64,000 nt of DNA from the human T2T-CHM13v2.0 reference genome, Homo sapiens, in contig CP068257.2 of NCBI GenBank assembly GCA_009914755.4, positions 43,328,001 to 43,392,000 of the forward strand. Direction: 5' to 3'. Numbering within the stretch: the stretch's first letter is position 1; each line of letters starts with the position of its first letter. The notes beneath the pieces were generated by a model. That model saw nothing but the letters and a program-made list of their open reading frames with translations. It was not told where the DNA came from and did no database searches. Positions 12,085 to 25,051 of the stretch are shown in pieces. A program made the translations under genes and the position numbers.

Positions 12085-12168
12085 GAGGAGGGTGCCGCGG
12101 AAGGGAGGAGGATGCCGCGGAAGGGAGGAGGGTGCCGCGGAAGGGCGGAGGGTGCCGTGGAAGGACAG
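12085..12168. repeat. 20-bp tandem repeat x4 (GGAGGGTGCCGCGGAAGGGA)
   Basis: Direct reading. Confidence 0.8.
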
Positions 12169-14211
12169 CGACAGGTACTTGGCCGGGCAGGAGTGGCAGC
12201 AGGTGTCCCATCGGCTGAGATGGATGCAGATTGTCCCAGGAAAGTAGCCCTTGATAGTATTTGCGGGGGTGCCACCCCAGCATTCTTTGCAGGTGCAGAG
12301 CCCAACCCTCAGCTAAGGCCGCAGCTGGGGCAGGGTCATCTTGTGACAGAAGGGCGTCCAAGTGTGGGGTTATCCGTGGCTGTCAGCTGAGCGCTCCTGG
12401 CCACCATTGAGAGGGAGGCTCCAGGCGGAGGATGGGGTGTGTGCATTCTCTGGACAGACACCTGGGGTAGAGCCCCTGAATCAGCAGATCAGAGAGGATG
12501 ACTGTAGGAGCTTCAGGAGCAGGAACATGAATCCCTCGGTAATCGATTTAAACAAGTTCTACAGTTGACTCGGCTTTCATGCCTTTTAGACCCTGGGGCC
12601 CTCGGTGCATTTTTCCGAGTTAAAGGGTTAACACAGCAGATCAAAGCTTCCTGGGGCCTGGAGGTGCCTGGCGCTGGCCTGCAGGACTCTGAGAAGCTCT
12701 GGGCTGGGACCGTGGATGCCAGGCTCAAGGCCCGCAGACCTGGGCTGGGCACGTCCCGGGTGCCTCAGCCCCAGGCCCAATGTTGGCATATGGGGGACTG
12801 TGGGGCACAATGGGAGACAGGAGAGGCAGTGGGAGGAGCCCCCCACCCTGCCAGTCCCGCAGGAAGGGCAGTGTCTGGTTGCAGGGGGTGTGGGGTGTTG
12901 GCCAAAGGAATAGCAAATGCCTGGCCCAGAGTGAAGGGCTCCTGGCTGGGATGGCCACAGGCCCTGGGGGGTCTCCCTCAGCCCCGGGCAGGCCCAGGTT
13001 CTCCTTCCAGGCGCCCGGGATCTCCTTTGTCCCTGGCTGTCCTCAGGCTGCACTTAGTGTGGCCACTCCAAGGGGGGCTGAGGAAACCACCTCTCAGCAC
13101 CTACCAGGCTTCTGTAAGGCCCACACCCAGCAGCTATTGGATCCGCCTTTCCCCAAGAAAGCCCCCGGCCCTCCCCTTCTTCTCAGGCCCCTCACTGAGT
13201 CAGCAATCCCTGTTCCCAGGAGCTGTGTGTCCGTCACCAACTGCCGTCCTGGTCCTCAAGCAAGCAGGGACCGTTCCCACTGCTCCGGGGCAGGCCCCGC
13301 ACACCCTGGCCAGCCTCGCTGGCTCCTGGAGCTGCCGTGACAAACGCACACAGTGGGGGCGTCAGGCAGCAGTGCATTGTCTGTGTCCCGGAGGCCGGTG
13401 GTCTGCACTTGGGGTGTCGAGAGCCGCCTCCCTCAGGCTGCAGGGCAGGGTCCTTCTTTGCCTGTCCGGCTGCTGGTGATTACTTGTGTTTCTGATTCCA
13501 GACGCTTCCTCCTGGTGCCACAGATGCCGGCAGCCCTTGGTTTCCTGGCTTGTGGCCACGTCACTCGCGTCGCTGTGTCTGTGACGCCCCATAAGGACAC
13601 CGGCCATGTTGGGTTAGGGCCCTCCCTGCTCCAGTGTGGCCTCATCTTGACTGGTTCCAAATATGGTCCGGCTCTGAGGTTCTGGGGGACGTGAGTTTTG
13701 GGAAATCTCCAGTCTAGGGGGTGGTCTTGGGCACCAGGGTTTTAGACGCCCCTGCCGCAGGTGGGAGGGGGCCTGCAGCTGGAGCTGAGCACCATGGGCG
13801 TGGTGGGGGCTGCGGAGGTGGTGTGGGCCTCATGGCCAGGAGTTGGGGCCTGGGCAGCCATAGGGGGCTGCTGATGGCCACGAATGGGCTGAGGCTGGGA
13901 TGTGAGGATGAGGGAAGGAAGGTGGAAGCTGTTCCAGGGCCCGTGGGGGCGTCCACGCCGGCTCCCCTTGCCCACCCGGACCTCTGGCCCCTTCTCAGGG
14001 TCTGATCTCCCAGCGCAAACAGAAGCACCCGGCCCCTGCCTTTGTCCAGCACCTTCCTGGCCTGGCCACGATGCTCCTGGACACTTTGGGCCCCGGTTTT
14101 CCTTTCTTATTTCCTCACCGGAAGGAAAGCTCCTGAGAGCAGGGTCTTTGCCCTGTGCGTGCTGTGTGAGCAGCACCGGGACTGTGCACAGATGAGTGAA
14201 TGAGAGGCAGG

Positions 14212-15500
14212 AGACAGCGGGGCCTGGATGGGCCCTGCACACAGAGCCTGCGTGTGGTGTTCAGGGGGGACAGCGGGGCCTGGACGGGGCCCTGCACACA
14301 GAGCCTGCGTGTGGTGTTCAGGGGGGACAGCGGGGCCTGGACGGGGCCCTGCACACAGAGCCTGCGTGTGGTGTTCAGGGGGGACAGCGGGGCCTGGACG
14401 GGGCCCTGCACACAGAGCCTGCGTGTGGTGTTCAGAGGGGACAGCGGGGCCTGGACGGGCCCTGCACACAGAGCCTGCGTGTGGTGTTCAGGGGGGACAG
14501 CGGGGCCTGGACGGGGCCCTGCACACAGAGCCTGCGTGTGGTGTTCAGAGGGGGACAGCGGGGCCTGGACGGGGCCCTGCACACAGAGCCTGCGTGTGGT
14601 GTTCAGGGGGGACAGCGGGGCCTGGACGGGGCCCTGCACACAGAGCCTGCGTGTGGTGTTCACGGGGGACAGCGGGGCCTGGACGGGGCCCTGCACACAG
14701 AGCCTGCGTGTGGTGTTCAGAGGGGACAGCGGGGCCTGGACGGGGCCCTGCACACAGAGCCTGCGTGTGGTGTTCAGGGGGGACAGCGGGGCCTGGACGG
14801 GGCCCTGCACACAGAGCCTGCGTGTGGTGTTCAGGGGGGACAGCGGGGCCTGGACGGGGCCCTGCACACAGAGCCTGCGTGTGGTGTTCAGAGGGGGACA
14901 GCGGGGCCTGGACGGGGCCCTGCACACAGAGCCTGCGTGTGGTGTTCAGGGGGGACAGCGGGGCCTGGACGGGGCCCTGCACACAGAGCCTGCGTGTGGT
15001 GTTCACGGGGGACAGCGGGGCCTGGACGGGGCCCTGCACACAGAGCCTGCGTGTGGTGTTCAGAGGGGACAGCGGGGCCTGGACGGGGCCCTGCACACAG
15101 AGCCTGCGTGTGGTGTTCAGGGGGGACAGCGGGGCCTGGACGGGGCCCTGCACACAGAGCCTGCGTGTGGTGTTCAGGGGGGACAGCGGGGCCTGGACGG
15201 GGCCCTGCACACAGAGCCTGCGTGTGGTGTTCACGGGGGACAGCGGGGCCTGGACGGGCCCTGCACACAGAGCCTGCGTGTGGTGTTCAGGGGGGACAGC
15301 GGGGCCTGGACGGGGCCCTGCACACAGAGCCTGCGTGTGGTGTTCAGGGGGGACAGCGGGGCCTGGACGGGGCCCTGCACACAGAGCCTGCGTGTGGTGT
15401 TCACGGGGGACAGCGGGGCCTGGACGGGGCCCTGCACACAGAGCCTGCGTGTGGTGTTCACGGGGGACAGCGGGGCCTGGACGGGGCCCTGCACACAGAG
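14212..15500. repeat. 57-bp VNTR, about 22 copies (GGGACAGCGGGGCCTGGACGGGGCCCTGCACACAGAGCCTGCGTGTGGTGTTCAGGG), G-rich on + strand
   Basis: Direct reading. Unit variants tcagggg / tcagaggg / tcacggg. The 57-bp period (19 codons) keeps all three + frames and two - frames open, which produces the 270-515-aa ORFs in the track. Confidence 0.95.
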
Positions 15501-16639
15501 CTGACTCCAGCGTCCCGATGGACCTCTCCCTGAGCTGTCCGTCTCAGCCTGCCCGTTCTACCTTCCCCTGTGGGCAAGCGTGGTGGGGTCCACCCAGATC
15601 ACCCCAGACGTGTGAGTGCGTCAGCTCCCGGCAAGGGGTGTGTTCCGTGCAGCATTGCCGTGGGAGGCGGCGGGAGCCTGTGCTGGCCCTGAGGGCTGGC
15701 TTGCATTCGGGTCCCTTGCTCCGCTGCCTGGATCGCTGGGCTCTGAGAGTGCCCCACGCGAGGGCTTTGTCTTGATGAGGCCTGCACCTGGCTTGTCCAG
15801 GCCCCACAGCGGCCTTGCACCAGCCTGAGTTTGTCCCTGAAGGTTACATCGGGTCTGTGACCTTCGTCTTGTGTGGGGAGGGAGGGCGGTGACGGGCCGC
15901 ATCGGGCAGGGGCAAGGCACAGCCGCGACCCCCAGGCTGGTGAGTCAGGGTTCTGTGCTGCTTGGAAGCCAAGTGTTGTACAAACACCGGGCGTGTTGAT
16001 TCTGGAATGTTCCCTATGTGGCGATAACGCCGGTGACGGCAGCCACTGTCGTTGCTCTGAGACGCTGGTGGGTGCTGGCTGCCGCCCAGGCCTTGTCTGC
16101 CTGCAGCCCCCGGCGGCCCCTCCAGCCTGGTGGGTTCTCAGCTGCCGCCGTGACCAGGGTTTTCCAGGGACACTGCTATCAGTGAGCGCTTCCAGGATGC
16201 CGGGGTGGCTGCCGGCGGGCGGGGAGGCAGGATGCTGGTCTTGCCTCCTTCCCCTTTGAAGTTGCCGTCTTGGGGCGTCTGTGCTAGGCCCTGGCTCCTG
16301 GCGCTGAGACCCTCATGGAAAGCTCCCTTCTTTTAAAGTCAAACAGACCCAATTAAAGTGTTTTTTCCAAAGATGTTAAAATAATGTGGGTCAGAGTGAT
16401 AATGACAGGCCTCTTCCTGGCTTGTTTCAGCCTTCCTGAAGATGAGGAAGTTTTCATTTTAAAATTTTTGGTGGGGTATTTCTCAGAGAAAACCGGTGAT
16501 GACATGTTTTCTGATTCTAAATACTTCTTCCCGGTGACACACATGCAGAGGCGCCTGGGGCCTGAGAGTCCCTGCAAGACTGTGGAGCAGAGGCCTCATC
16601 TCCTGGTGGCCGGAGCCACATAGGACAGAAGGCCCTGGA

Positions 16640-16800
16640 GCCCTGAGTGGGGAAACTGAGGCCCAAGAGGAGAGAGCCTCCCTCCCCAGCCAGCCAGGTG
16701 ATGGCGCTGAGATTCAGGAGCACGGAGCTTCTGACTCTCGCCTCCATGTTCAAGGTCAGCGTCCACCCCAGGCCCCGTGTTACTTGCTGAGCCTCCTGCT
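16640..16800. mobile_element. MIR-like SINE fragment
   Basis: gagtggggaaactgaggcccaagaggagagagcc… resembles the MIR core (ggggaaactgaggcacagagag). Confidence 0.35.
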
Positions 16801-16974
16801 GTGCTCAGGTCTGTGTGAGGGGGACCGCGGTGCACACTCCAGTGTCCCGGGAGGAGCGGCCCCCAGGCGTCACGGGGCCGGAGGCAGGGGCCGCCCCTCC
16901 ACAGGGTCCGAGACAGAATCTATTTTCCATTTGAGCCTCTCCCTCCCGAACTCCAAGTTCAGGGGTGGGATTCA

Positions 16975-18190
16975 CATACTCTCACACCCCGCTCCACACA
17001 CCCCACACTCACATCCCCTCACATACACACCCCTCCCCACACCCCACACACTCACACCCCACATACACCCCTACACACACCCTACACACACACACCCCCC
17101 ACACACACCCCACACACCCACACACCCCACACACCCCACACCCACACACCCCACACCCACACACCCCCATACACCCCCATACACCCCCATACACCCCCCC
17201 ACACACACCCCCACACACACCCACACACACCCCACATACACCCCCATACCCCCCACACACCCCTCCCCACACCCCACACACACCCCACATACACCCCACA
17301 CCCCACACACACACCCCACATATACCCCTACACACATCCTACACACACCCCACACACCCACACACACCCCCATACACCCCCACATACACCCCCACATACA
17401 CACCCCTCCCCACACCCCACACACCCCACATACACCCCTACACACACCCCACCCACACACACCCCCATATATCCCCCACACACACCTCACATACACCCCT
17501 ACACACACCCCACACACACACACACCCCCACACACACCCCACATACACCCCTACAGACACCCTACACACACACACCCCACACACACACCCCACACACCCA
17601 CACACCCCACACACCCACACACCCCACACCCACACACCCCTCCCCACACCCCACACACACCCCACACACACCCCACACACCCACACACACCCACACACCC
17701 CACATACACCCCACACCCCACACACACACCCCACATACACCCCTACACACACACCCCACACACCCACACACACCCCCATACACCCCCACATACACCCCCA
17801 CATACCCCTCCCCACACCCCACACACCCCACATACACCCCTACACACACCCCACACACACACACCCCCATATACCCCCACACACACCTCACATACACCCC
17901 TACACACACCCCACACACACACACACACACCCCACACACACCCCACACACACCTCCCACATACACCCCACATAACCCCCAAACACACCCCACACATACAT
18001 CCGACACATGCCCCCCACACTCACACCCCTCCATACACCCCGATACACACCCCCCACACTTGCACCCCTCCACTCACACATCGCACACACACTGCACACA
18101 CACACCCTCCCACACACCCCACAGTCCCACACACCCCACACACCCCTCCATACATCCCCCCCACACAGCCCCCCACACACCCCCAACACT
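16975..18190. repeat. 1.2-kb C-rich low-complexity array (CACACCCC / CCCCACACA / ACATACACCCCT motifs); G-rich on - strand
   Basis: Direct reading; near-total absence of G and T-rich words on + strand across about 1200 bp. Confidence 0.9.
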
Positions 18191-21100
18191 GGCGCCCACC
18201 CTGCTGTCTCAGGAGAAGCCCCCATGCTGGGCCTATGGCCTCTCGGGCTCTGGCATCCCCCACCGGCCCCGATGGTGGCGGTGACCACACGCAGTCGTAA
18301 GGACGGGCGGCGTGAGGGCCCCGCTGAGCCGAGTGTGACCTGTGTGCTCCAGCCTGGAGCTGGCATGGCCGGGGCGCCCTTCATGGGTGGCAGAGTCCTG
18401 GCCTCCCCGCCTTCCCAGTGGGTAGCACACTCCCCTCTTCCCCCGGCCTTAGCTCTGGATTTCCTGGCACAGCCGTGATTACTCCACCTCGGCCCCCTCC
18501 CCTGGGCCCGGAAGACTAATTAACCCTGATGTTTAATTGGAGAACACGGCCGGGCCTGTGTCTGTGCGGCTCCTGTGGGATGGGGGCAGCCTTCTGTCTC
18601 TCCCCTCTGGAACTCTGCATGGCTCCTGGGTGGCCTGGGGTTTGACTGGACCTGGCCTTTGCCCCACGGCCCCTCCACCCCCGGCGAAACTGCCCCCACC
18701 CACACAGGGCCTGGCTCCCGCTGCCTGAACCCTGTCCCTGGCAGGGCCCACAAGCTCTGTCTCATTTGTGCGACAGCCGTGATCCCTGCTCCAGCCCGCC
18801 CCCTCGGAGCTCAGCCACGGGGGCATAGGATGGCCACAGGAAGTCCTGTCCCCTGTGCCCTTGGGCCGGCCCTGAAGTCTCCCGGGAGGGAAAGGGGTGC
18901 CTGTGGGAGGCGGGAGAGTTCTGATTGGAGGGTGGTCAGCCCTGGGCCCTGGAGAGACAGCCCCAGTGGGGACTGAGGAGGGTGGAGGTGAGGCTGGGCG
19001 GGTAGCAGGCAGCTTCCGGCCAGGAGGTGCTCGGGGACCAGGATCCCCACTCCCGACTTTGCTGCTTTGGGATGAGCTCTGGCAGGTGGGGCGCAGGGGC
19101 AGGCAGAACTCAGGCCCATGTGGAACAGGCGGGGACGGGCTCGCCGGGCCTGGGAATGAGCGGGGCCTGCCGGCCTCCCAGTCTCATGGCAGGCTGCTTG
19201 TGAGAGAAGACCCGAGTCCTGGTGGCTTGTGTTTAAAATGCGGTGGGCCTTTCCGTCTCAAAGTGAGAAGTCTGGGCACAGGCAGTCCCAGCCTCTACGA
19301 TGCCATTGGTAGCCCGGGGCCACCACCCTTCCCTCGTTCTCATGCCAAACAGCTGCCAGAGCCCCAGCTGTCACGTCTGCATCCCAGTCCCCGAGATGAG
19401 GCTGTGGGCCCCACAAAGCTGGTGCTTTTGCTTACAGGTACTGAGCATGGAGGCAGCAGGGAAGCTGGCAGGAAGCTCCCTGCCCTCCAGGGAAGGTATC
19501 TGTCCCCTGTTGCCCAGGCCATGGGCAGGGACAGGAAAGCAGCTTGCAAATCCTCTGGGGTGACTGGGCTCGGGCAGGGGCCCCATGTCACAGACGCTCC
19601 CAGCCCTGCAGGCAGGAGCTTGCATTTTCCAGAGAGAAAGTCCAGAGCGGGTGGGGGGTGAACGGCGTGCCAGGGCTGATCCTCTGTCAGGCCCTTGTGG
19701 TCTGGTGCTGCTGGAGTGCTCTAGGGGGAGAGGGTGCCTGTCCCAAGGAGCAGGGACGGTGCCCTGTTTGCTGCAGAAACACAGGCACACCTGCTGTCTG
19801 TTAGAAGACAGCCGCTTACCTGCACCCCAGTATGCCCCCAGGAGATGCCTGCACCACCTCTGGGAGAGAGTGGGCAGCTCAGCCAGGGGCCCAGGCCAGC
19901 CCGGGCAGGGGTGGCCAAAACCCATGCCAACAGGACATCTCTGGCCTCTGGGGACAGAACCCGGCACCATCGAAGCCTCAGGAAGGCCTGGACTCTGGGG
20001 AGCCCTCCACAGAGCTGGGAGGGAGCCCCAGGGCCTCTCTGTTCCCATCGGCAGCTCTGCGGCCTGCGGTCCCGGGTTCCTGTGTCCGCTGACCACATGC
20101 CATGATCGCTGCCCGCTGGAGAGCAGGACCCAGGGTGAGGTCTCTGCCCCCAACATGAGGCCCAGTGGGTGGTTTGCTATTGGCTTGGCCTCAGACCTGG
20201 TGGCTGAGGCTTTGGGGAGGTCATGCTCCCTCTGTGGGCCTCAGTTGACCCTCCTCTGTAAGCCAGGGGAGCTGGAGTGGACCCCTGAGACCCTCCCGGC
20301 AGCTCTGTTCTGGGGCTTCTGTGCCCCTGTAATGGACGCGCTGCCTTGGCCCCAGACCCCATCCTTTGGCGGCTGCTGCTCCCCGCCTGTTTCCACTGGA
20401 CCCTTCAGCTGCCAACCAGCCTGGGCCTCCCCGCCCTGGGCAGTGGGCACATGGCCAAGCCCAGCTGGACTGACCCTCAGGGCCCTGCTGAAAGTGCCAC
20501 CAGGAGGCATCTATGCATGGGTGTCTCGAAAACCCAAAATCCTTTCCAACGGGCACTGCTGCTGGTCAGTGTCAGCCAACCTCTGTGGCCTGGTGCATGG
20601 GGAGGGTTGGGGCTCCAGGTCTGCAGACACGAGGCAGCAGCCACCTCTGCTCAGGATGGCGCAGGGCCCTGGGATCCCTAGGACCCAGCCCGTGGACCCC
20701 AGGCTCCGGGGTGCCATGCTGGTCACGTTCCTCCTTCCCAGAAGCATCCTGGCTCCCCCGGGCTCAGTGAGAAGTGGCCGAGGACTCAGGCCAGAGGACA
20801 GCTGAGCCCCGTGGCACTTGGGTCCACTCAGACAAGGCCCTGCCTGGGGGTGATGCCGGGGGCCGGGGTGGTGGCCGTGCTGACCACTGGCTGCTAGGGT
20901 GGGGGGCCCCATACTCCCCACTCAAGCTTCGGGGGTGGGCTGGTGTCCAGGTTTAGACGAGGCAGGTGGGACCCAGAAGCACAGGCTGCTTACAGAGCAG
21001 CAGGTGGTTCTCATTGCCAGACGGACAGGCCTGGGACCAGCCTCTCGGCCCTGGGGTTCCTGTGTGCTCCAAGGACCTGCGGCCTCGGCTGCAGGAGAGG

Positions 21101-22134
21101 CCAGTGCAGCCAGGCAGGCCCAGCTCCGAGAGCCAGGCTGGGGTGGGCTTCCCGCCGGGCACTGCTCCACCCGCCTTCTCCCTGAAGGTCCCATTCCACC
21201 ACAACTGGAACCAAGGCCTCTGCTCACCCCCAGGCCCCCAGCAGTGTTGCCCGCAGACTCATCTCTGCCACGTCCCCCATCGCAGTCTCCTCCCAGCGTA
21301 CTCCAAGGCTGCCTCCTCCGAGGAGCCTTCCCAGCTGCTCCGTGGGTGGCCCTGTCCCTGCCCCTCCCTCCCGTGGCCCTGTGCATCCCTCCTGGCCCTC
21401 TTTTCCAAGGCCGGAAGTCAGACACCTTTTGGGATCTGCGTGCCTGAGTCCTGCGGCCCTTCCTGGAGGGGAAGCTCGGCAGAGCCCCCCAATTCCCTCC
21501 CACTCCTCAGCACCCCTTCCTGCGGTCCCTGGGATGGGGAGGGCTTATTCACAGCCGACTTGGCCAGGGAGGTGTGGGCCAGGCCGGAGCCGCTGCAGGC
21601 GCTTCACCCAGACAGGCCGGAGCCCGTGGGCTGGGACCAGGGCAGAGTCGTAGAAGCTGCACAAAGATGTTTAGGGGCCACATGCTGCCGTGGAGGCCGT
21701 GCAATGAAATTGGCCCCATCCAGAGCCCCCGTCCTTGGAAGAACAACTGGCCTGTGGCTGTGTGGGCTCCTCAGGTGGCCCCCCCCGGGGCGTGGAGAGC
21801 GGCCGAGCCAGGGCCAGTGCTCTTGGTCCACACGGGCTTCCCAGCCGGCTTGCAAGGTCCCCGTTCACCCGATTCCCCAAAGGAGACCTCCTGTCACGAC
21901 AACGTGAGTGCTCCACAGCCAGGGGAGGTGCTGCAGCTGCAGAGGATGGGCACGCGGCACTGACCCCTGCCGAGGGGGCACCCAAGCGGCCTCGTCCTTC
22001 CCGCAACCCAAGGAAGGAAGCCCCAGGGTTTCCCAAAGTCCTCAGGGGAAAGCCTGCTGAAAAGCACAATTGCACCTAGAAAGTCAAGGCACACCCGCAG
22101 TCTCGCCCGTGCTCTCTGGGGCGGAGCTAGGGGG

Positions 22135-22320
22135 CATGTGTGCATGCATGTGTGTGCGTGTGTGTGCACGCCTGTGTGTGCATGTGTGTGTGTGCACATG
22201 TGTGCATGTGGGCGCCTTTGCGTGCATGTGTGCATGTGTGTGCGTGTGTGTGCGGGCAGGCGTGCATGTGTGCGTGTGCGTGCGTGTGCGTGTGTGTGCG
22301 TGTGCGTGTGCGTGTGCATG
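22135..22320. repeat. imperfect (GT)n / GTGTGCRTGTGCATG microsatellite
   Basis: Direct reading. Confidence 0.85.
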
Positions 22321-23923
22321 GTTTCAGAGGCAAACCCAAGCATTCTCAACCAGCATGTAGGCATTTGCTTTTATGCACGCAGTCTATCAGAGTAGGGATG
22401 AAGCCCATCATTCCTAATTGTGGAACACTTTTGTCAGGAGATTTTATTGACTTTCCTCTCGGTGCCCTTTGAGAAAATTGTGTTTTTCTATTGTTTGTCC
22501 TGCTGGCAGGTGAAAGGTGTTTTCCTCCTGCGTGCTGCACAGCCTGAGTTTCTGAAGTCCCGAGCTCACGGACGGGAATTCCTGGTCCGGGCTGTATTTT
22601 GCCTGCTGGGGCCTCGTTTTGGAGTTGTCCTCTGCCCATGAGTGAACTGGCCCGTAACCTTCTGTTCCAATTTCATATTCTGGGGCAGCAGAGGGTTCCT
22701 CCTGGCTGGTATCCGGCCCTGGCTGAACAGAGGCCTGCCCTGCAGCTCAGGAGTCGTGTCTCTGACGCCTTGGGGTTGCAGGTTTTCAGCAGTGTCACTG
22801 AAGTTGCAGCCAGTAGGGACGGGGACGTGCTTGCCGGCCACCTCCCTGCCCCTGCCCTGCCCTTGGCAGGTGGTCCCCCAAGGCGGGACCCCACCCTGCC
22901 TGCCCTGCTGCTCCCCGGCCTGGTGCGCATAGAGGTCAGGACCCCTAACTTCTCCCCTCCCCACAGCTGCAAACCTTGCTGGGGGCTCAGAGCCAGGCAG
23001 CCCAGGCCTGAGGGAGGCCTGTCTGACAGCAAGGCTTCTGTGTCGCTTCTCAGGACCAGGTGTCCTGTCTGTCCTTGTCCCCACCTGGAACTTCCCCCTG
23101 GGTGGGGGTCCTGGGGTTCTTTGAGGCCGCTGCTGCCCACTACTACCTGCTACTCCCAGGGGTCCCAGCACTGGTCTGGCCCTCTTATGTCCTGATGCTC
23201 GGGCCACTGTCCTGCTCCTGACATTCCAGGATGAGCCCCATCCCTGTGTTCTCTGGGTTTGTGGGCCTCTGACAAGGTTGTTCCCTTGAGTTTCTCACTA
23301 GACAATCCCCTCCCATCCTACCATGGGGCCTGCTCCTGTCTCCTTGTCACTGTTTGATGAAACCCTGTTTGTGGGATTCCACACTCTGGCGGGTGAGCAT
23401 GCAGCTGAGGTCGGCCCCCTGGGAACAGTGCCACTGCAGCTGCAATGTGCACACGTGAGGCACCCCCCAGGCACACAGGAAGGCTGGAAACAAGCCCTGT
23501 GTCTCACTGAGGTGAGAGGTGCTTGGACACTCACCCGATGCCCTCCAGAGCCGCTGTGAGGTCAGAGAGGAGCTGATGCCGCCGTGGCAGACAGCGCGGG
23601 GCAGCTTCCAGAAGGTGGCCAGAAACACGCTGGGAGGAAAACTTCTCATCTGAAATGTTTTTATTATAAATGAGAGAATAGAAAATAGATGAACTAAACA
23701 TTCAATTTCAGACAGTAGAAAAGAAAACCACTATAAGCCCAGAGGCTGAGGAAGCAGACCGTTGTGCGAGGGGAGATGAAAGCCAGGCTTGGCTTGGCAG
23801 ACGGAAAACAGCCGCTGTGATAAACCCAAGGCCGAAAGCCGTCTCCGGGGAGCAGCTCGCATGGCACCTGGGTGACCTGACAGCTTTCTGACCTGAAGCC
23901 ACCATCCGGAATGTGATTCATTC

Positions 23924-24066
23924 CCTCTCTGCCCGGAGGATCCGTCCCAGGAGGGTCAGGAGCAGCCCTGGGGCCGGATGACCACGGCGTCCCCTCTCTG
24001 CCCGGAGGATCCGTCCCAGGAGGGTCAGGAGCAGTCCTGGGGCCGGATGACCATGGCGTCCCCGGA
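23924..24066. repeat. 68-bp tandem duplication (2.1 copies)
   Basis: ccctctctgcccggaggatccgtcccaggagggtcaggagcagccctggggccggatgaccacggcgt repeated. Confidence 0.85.
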
Positions 24067-25051
24067 CCATTCTCTGGAGCTGGCAGCCTGGGGCAAGGCA
24101 CGTGGCCTCTCTGTGCAGCACCTGGCTCTTGTGTAACACGGATGGTGGCAGGCTCTGGGCAGAGGAGGGTGGAGAGGCCTAAGGTGCCCATGCTGGTCTG
24201 TACGTCGGACGGTGGGGCCGGCCTGCGCCCCGCAAGCAGGAGCTGAGCCCTGGGCCTGCAGATTCTGTGGTGTGTCGGTGCAGTGCTCAGCATCAGCCGT
24301 GACGGTCACACTGGCACTCGCTGTCTGTGTCACGCATTCGCATCCACTGTCAGCGCGTCACAGTGGCGTTCGCGGTGAGGATGGGGCGTTGCCGTTGGCC
24401 GGTGTCTCAGTGCACTGGCTGTCGGGCTGGTCCCCCTGGGTTCGCTGCTGGCGTGCTTGTTCTCCGAGCACTCGCCGTTCACGTCCTCTCCGTTCCACAC
24501 TGGCCTTTGCTATTTTCTCCACGCGGGTCTTATGGATGCTGTCCGAGCTGTGGAGCATCTGCCCTCCTGGCCCTCCTGCAGCTCGGGCTGTGCTCTGGAT
24601 GAGCGAGGGCAACGTTAGCTGAGCGTGGGGGGCCTTGAGGTCTCTGCTGCACTTTCCCGAAGGCTGAGGTCCCTGGGGACCACTGAGCCGCCCCATGGGC
24701 CCTCACAGCACTGCCGGTGCCAGAGGGCAGAACTCGGACCGACTCTTGCCTCATCTGCCCTCTGTTCCGAGGAGAACCCTTCCGGACTGGGCCACAGGGA
24801 GTCCAGCCGAGGTTCGGAGGGTGGTCAGGGGTCCGGCTGCCCCAAGGGGGTGCTTCTCAGAGCTTTGGGAAGACACCGGAGCCCAAGGGTCTGGATGGCC
24901 GTGGCTGAGCTGGGTCTGAGAGGCCAAGACCAGGAGGGCGTCACATGCACTCGTGTCAGGGCCAGCTGGGATGGGAGACTGAGGCCAGGGCGGGTGTCCG
25001 GGTGCCCCCCACAGCTGTGCTGGGGCAAGTCTGGGGACACCACCTCCTCAG

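Noticed and set aside
14196-15775. Three overlapping forward ORFs (445, 434 and 515 aa) and reverse ORFs (270, 229 and 126 aa) across the same 1.3 kb
   Set aside because: They lie entirely within the 57-bp VNTR. The 57-bp period equals 19 codons and the unit lacks stop codons in all forward phases, so the ORFs are periodicity artefacts. Six overlapping 'proteins' with repeat-unit periodic sequence are not genes.
16784-18384. ORFs of 396, 439 and 213 aa with (HTPHTHTPP)n- or (CGVCVWGV)n-type sequence
   Set aside because: These are translations of the C-rich CACACCCC low-complexity array. The region has no stops because it is almost G/T-free on one strand.
19371-20805. 261-aa minus-strand and 406-aa plus-strand ORFs in unique GC-rich sequence
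   Set aside because: They mutually overlap on opposite strands and have no splice-site or start-codon context I could tie to them, with biased composition. The track only reports Met-initiated ORFs and ignores intron-exon structure, so ORF length is not informative in this genome. I could not exclude that a real exon hides here.
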